This document shows positions 61,701 through 64,000 of a stretch of DNA of 64,000 bases, one piece after another. Origin of the DNA: Macrostomum lignano (lineage: Eukaryota); assembly GCA_002269645.1 (NCBI GenBank), contig NIVC01002366.1, positions 116,251 through 180,250 on the forward strand, given 5' to 3'. Position 1 is the stretch's first letter; every line of letters begins with the position of its first letter. The notes below the pieces were generated by a model. It was given only the letters and a program-made list of their open reading frames with translations. It ran no database searches and was not told the origin of the DNA. The position numbers and the translations under genes are program-made.

Positions 61701-62640
61701 GGACGAGGACCCCGAGCGTGACTACCACTTCGTCACGGCCAAGGAGTTTGAGGAGCTCCAGGTTGGTGGAAAGTTCATCCAGACGGCGCTGTTCCAGGGG
61801 CACTACTTCGGGCTGACCCTGGAAGCTGTCGAAGCGGTCGCCAGGGAGGGCCTCGCCTGCGTTGTCCACATGGAGCTGGAAGGAGTCCTGGCGCTGAAGA
61901 AAACCCACTTTGAGCCGCGCTACGTGCTGACGATGCCGCTGGACCGGCACCGGCACGGGCAGCACCTGAGAACCCGCCCGGAGCGGCCTGAGCAGGCGGT
62001 GCTGCAGAGCATGGCCAGGGCGCAGCTCTACATCCGCCACAACCAGCAGCACCCGGGCTTCTTCGACATGTTCATCAACACGGACGAGCCGAGCGAGGCC
62101 TACGTGCAGCTGAGGACGCTGGTGATGAACTACTTGGGGCTGACTGGCGAGGCGGCCAAGGAGGAGCAGCAGCAGCAGCAGCGGTCTGACGACTTCGCCA
62201 GTTCAGGCAAGACGCTGAACCGCACCTGGTCAAAAACCAGCCAGCAGAGCTCCGTGTTCAACCCGCTGCGACCGTCGGCTCCGCAGACATCCGGCAAGGG
62301 CCAGGTGGAGGAGGAGTCGCTGCACAGGCGGCGCAGCCTTGCCAGAGAGACCGTGTCCAGCGGAAAGCCGCAGGGACGCGTTACCATGGCAACGCCGGGA
62401 CCGCTGGTTTCGACTCGACAGCCTGCTGGCGGCGGTGGGGCGGCGTCGAGCTCGCAGGAGTCGGCGAGGACGCAGCAGCAGGCGGCGGCGGCGGCGGGGC
62501 TTCAGCGCCTGGAGCTCGGCAGCTCCGACAGCGGCCAGGTGCGCAGCTCGAATCCCAAGGCGCCGCGCAGCCGGTCTCGCGCCGGAGCGGAGGCGCCCGC
62601 AGGCGCGACCACCTACTCGCCGGCGATGATCGAGGCTTGA
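58724..62640 (+). CDS. LRGUK: Leucine-rich repeat and guanylate kinase domain-containing protein
   Basis: Approximate exons: 58724-58892, 59811-59967, 60059-60571, 60659-60803, 60893-60999, ~61551-62640. Motifs: DGVLTE...YLEL...DISVL.DY.QLQ, SDS22-like LRRs, LRRcap NPVQ.VPDYRL.VIFDLPRLTHLDG, PYPMLVLVGP, TTRPPY, DYHFV, VHMELEGV.ALK.THFEPRYVL. The 3' end may extend further. Confidence 0.93.
61085..61460. repeat. 13-bp minisatellite in an LRGUK intron
   Basis: Unit TTGACCTGGTAGA, about 28 copies, degenerating at the 3' end. Confidence 0.96.
62380..62393. promoter_or_regulatory. Consensus RFX X-box inside the LRGUK coding exon
   Basis: GTTACCATGGCAAC matches the X-box consensus GTYNCYATRGYAAC; function is not shown. 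Confidence 0.35.
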
Positions 62641-63319
62641 AAATGAAGGCACAGAAACTGCGCGGCGGGCTTCTGTTTGCTATTTTTCGTAAAAACTGTA
62701 AAGCTCGCGCGTTCTACCAAATAGCGACTACTGCAGCAACTTTGCTCATCAGCCAAAGCAACAGTTTTATAACTGAAATATTTTCCTGTCTCACCGAAAC
62801 CGTCTGCTTCTCTAACTAAACAAGAGCCGCCCTTTTGCATGCCGCGAGGCGTCAACTGTGTTCTCACATATCAGAAAGTTAAATTTGAAGTCGCACTTTT
62901 CTTCCTTTATTTATTTTCTACACCAGACGTGAAACTTGTGGCTCCTCGTGGAAGGACAAGACTGGAGTCCTTGATTGATTCCTTGACTCGAAGACATTGC
63001 GGCCGCACCACTTTGAACTAACTAGAGCAGGAAAAACTTTTATGCTGAATCAAACGGTCTATAAAATTTGCCTCCATAGCAGACGCAGCTTCCATCGAGA
63101 GACGACAGCGCGCCGATCTTGATGTCTTCAGGTAGTTTCTGGCTTTGCTTGACAATTCAAGCTGTCTCTGCGACCCATTTTTAGCTCGTTAAAGTTCTTG
63201 GTTCAGAATTCTGGTCGTTAACCACTGGGTTCCCTGTCTTCAACCCCCTCGATAATAACTCTCACACCTCTCGCGTCAACTAACTGCCCATCAGCTATCT
63301 CTAATAAGACTCTAGGCTC

Positions 63320-63333
63320 GTATCCATGGCAAC
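63320..63333. promoter_or_regulatory. Near-consensus RFX X-box
   Basis: GTATCCATGGCAAC, one deviation from consensus. Confidence 0.35.
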
Positions 63334-63855
63334 GGTAAAGCAAGTGAGACAACAAGCAAGCAGCAGAGGAATATGCGAATGCTGGATGAAATCTATTTGG
63401 TTTGTGAGACAAAAACAGACAAAAAATTCTTGTTTTGCAGATAAAAATATTGTTTCAGCCCGTTTACCTCTGCAAACTCTATAAAAAGTTTTTTGGTTTG
63501 AAAATTATTTTTTTGAAATCAGATTTGACGAAATGACAATCTAGACGATGGGTTTCAGAGTTTCAGAGTTTCAGAGTTCTCCAGCTGGGAGACCCAGCCG
63601 GCGTCAGGCCCCAATATTTTGGTCGCAGGTGCAGCCGGCCACCTGCTTGACGTTGACTACGAAGCTCCTGCCAGGCAGGTTCGAGCAGCTGACCGTCACA
63701 GGCGCCTCAGTGGACTCGCGGGTCGGGTGGCAGCACTGCAGAGTGACGCACCGCTGGCCAGACAGGGCGCGTGCTGCTCAAGGACGTAGTTCACCTGCGC
63801 CTCGGTCTGCGGTTGGTTAGCATTGGTTAGCTTGAAGATCAATGTTCATAATAAG

Positions 63856-64000
63856 GAGGGCTGTGTGCACCTTGGCGTGTACAGCGGCCCTGACTTTCTA
63901 ATCAGAAGGCATGTACACTCTCTGTGCCTTGGGGGTCGGCCCTCGTGGCTGGGAACCGCACGACAACCCCAGGCCAATTTTCGTGGCGCAAGCCCCAAAC
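63856..64000 (+). repeat. Start of an interspersed repeat related to 53430-53660, truncated by the window end
   Basis: Shared ordered sequence blocks (see 53430). Confidence 0.65.

Overview
This is eukaryotic (metazoan) genomic DNA with GT-AG introns, GC-rich exons and very many tandem repeats. The overall style suggests a free-living flatworm such as Macrostomum, but that is an inference, not shown by the sequence. Genes reconstructed by eye: a 12+ exon ionotropic glutamate receptor-family gene (+); two tandem Sulfotransfer_4-type sulfotransferases (+, second copy frameshifted); a 5-exon claudin/PMP22-superfamily gene (-); three tandem group III secreted phospholipase A2 paralogues (-, one intact, two damaged); an uncharacterised putative beta-propeller ending in a CaaX-like motif (-); an intronless protein with two apparent Rdx (SelW/SelT/MIEN1-like) domains (-); V-ATPase proteolipid c'' (ATP6V0B, +); and LRGUK (+). 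Mobile DNA: an intact DD34D mariner with 388-bp TIRs, a Tc1/IS630-like deletion derivative, a Mutator/foldback-type element with a 9-bp TSD, a hAT-type MITE with an 8-bp TSD, and LINE fragments. The most notable unexplained structures are (i) the double-Rdx protein, (ii) sharply bounded AT-rich, CpG-depleted, TpA-rich blocks of decayed repeats, (iii) a different private minisatellite in many introns, one seeded from exon sequence, and (iv) the long-TIR mariner. Exon coordinates were read by hand and may be off by a few bases.
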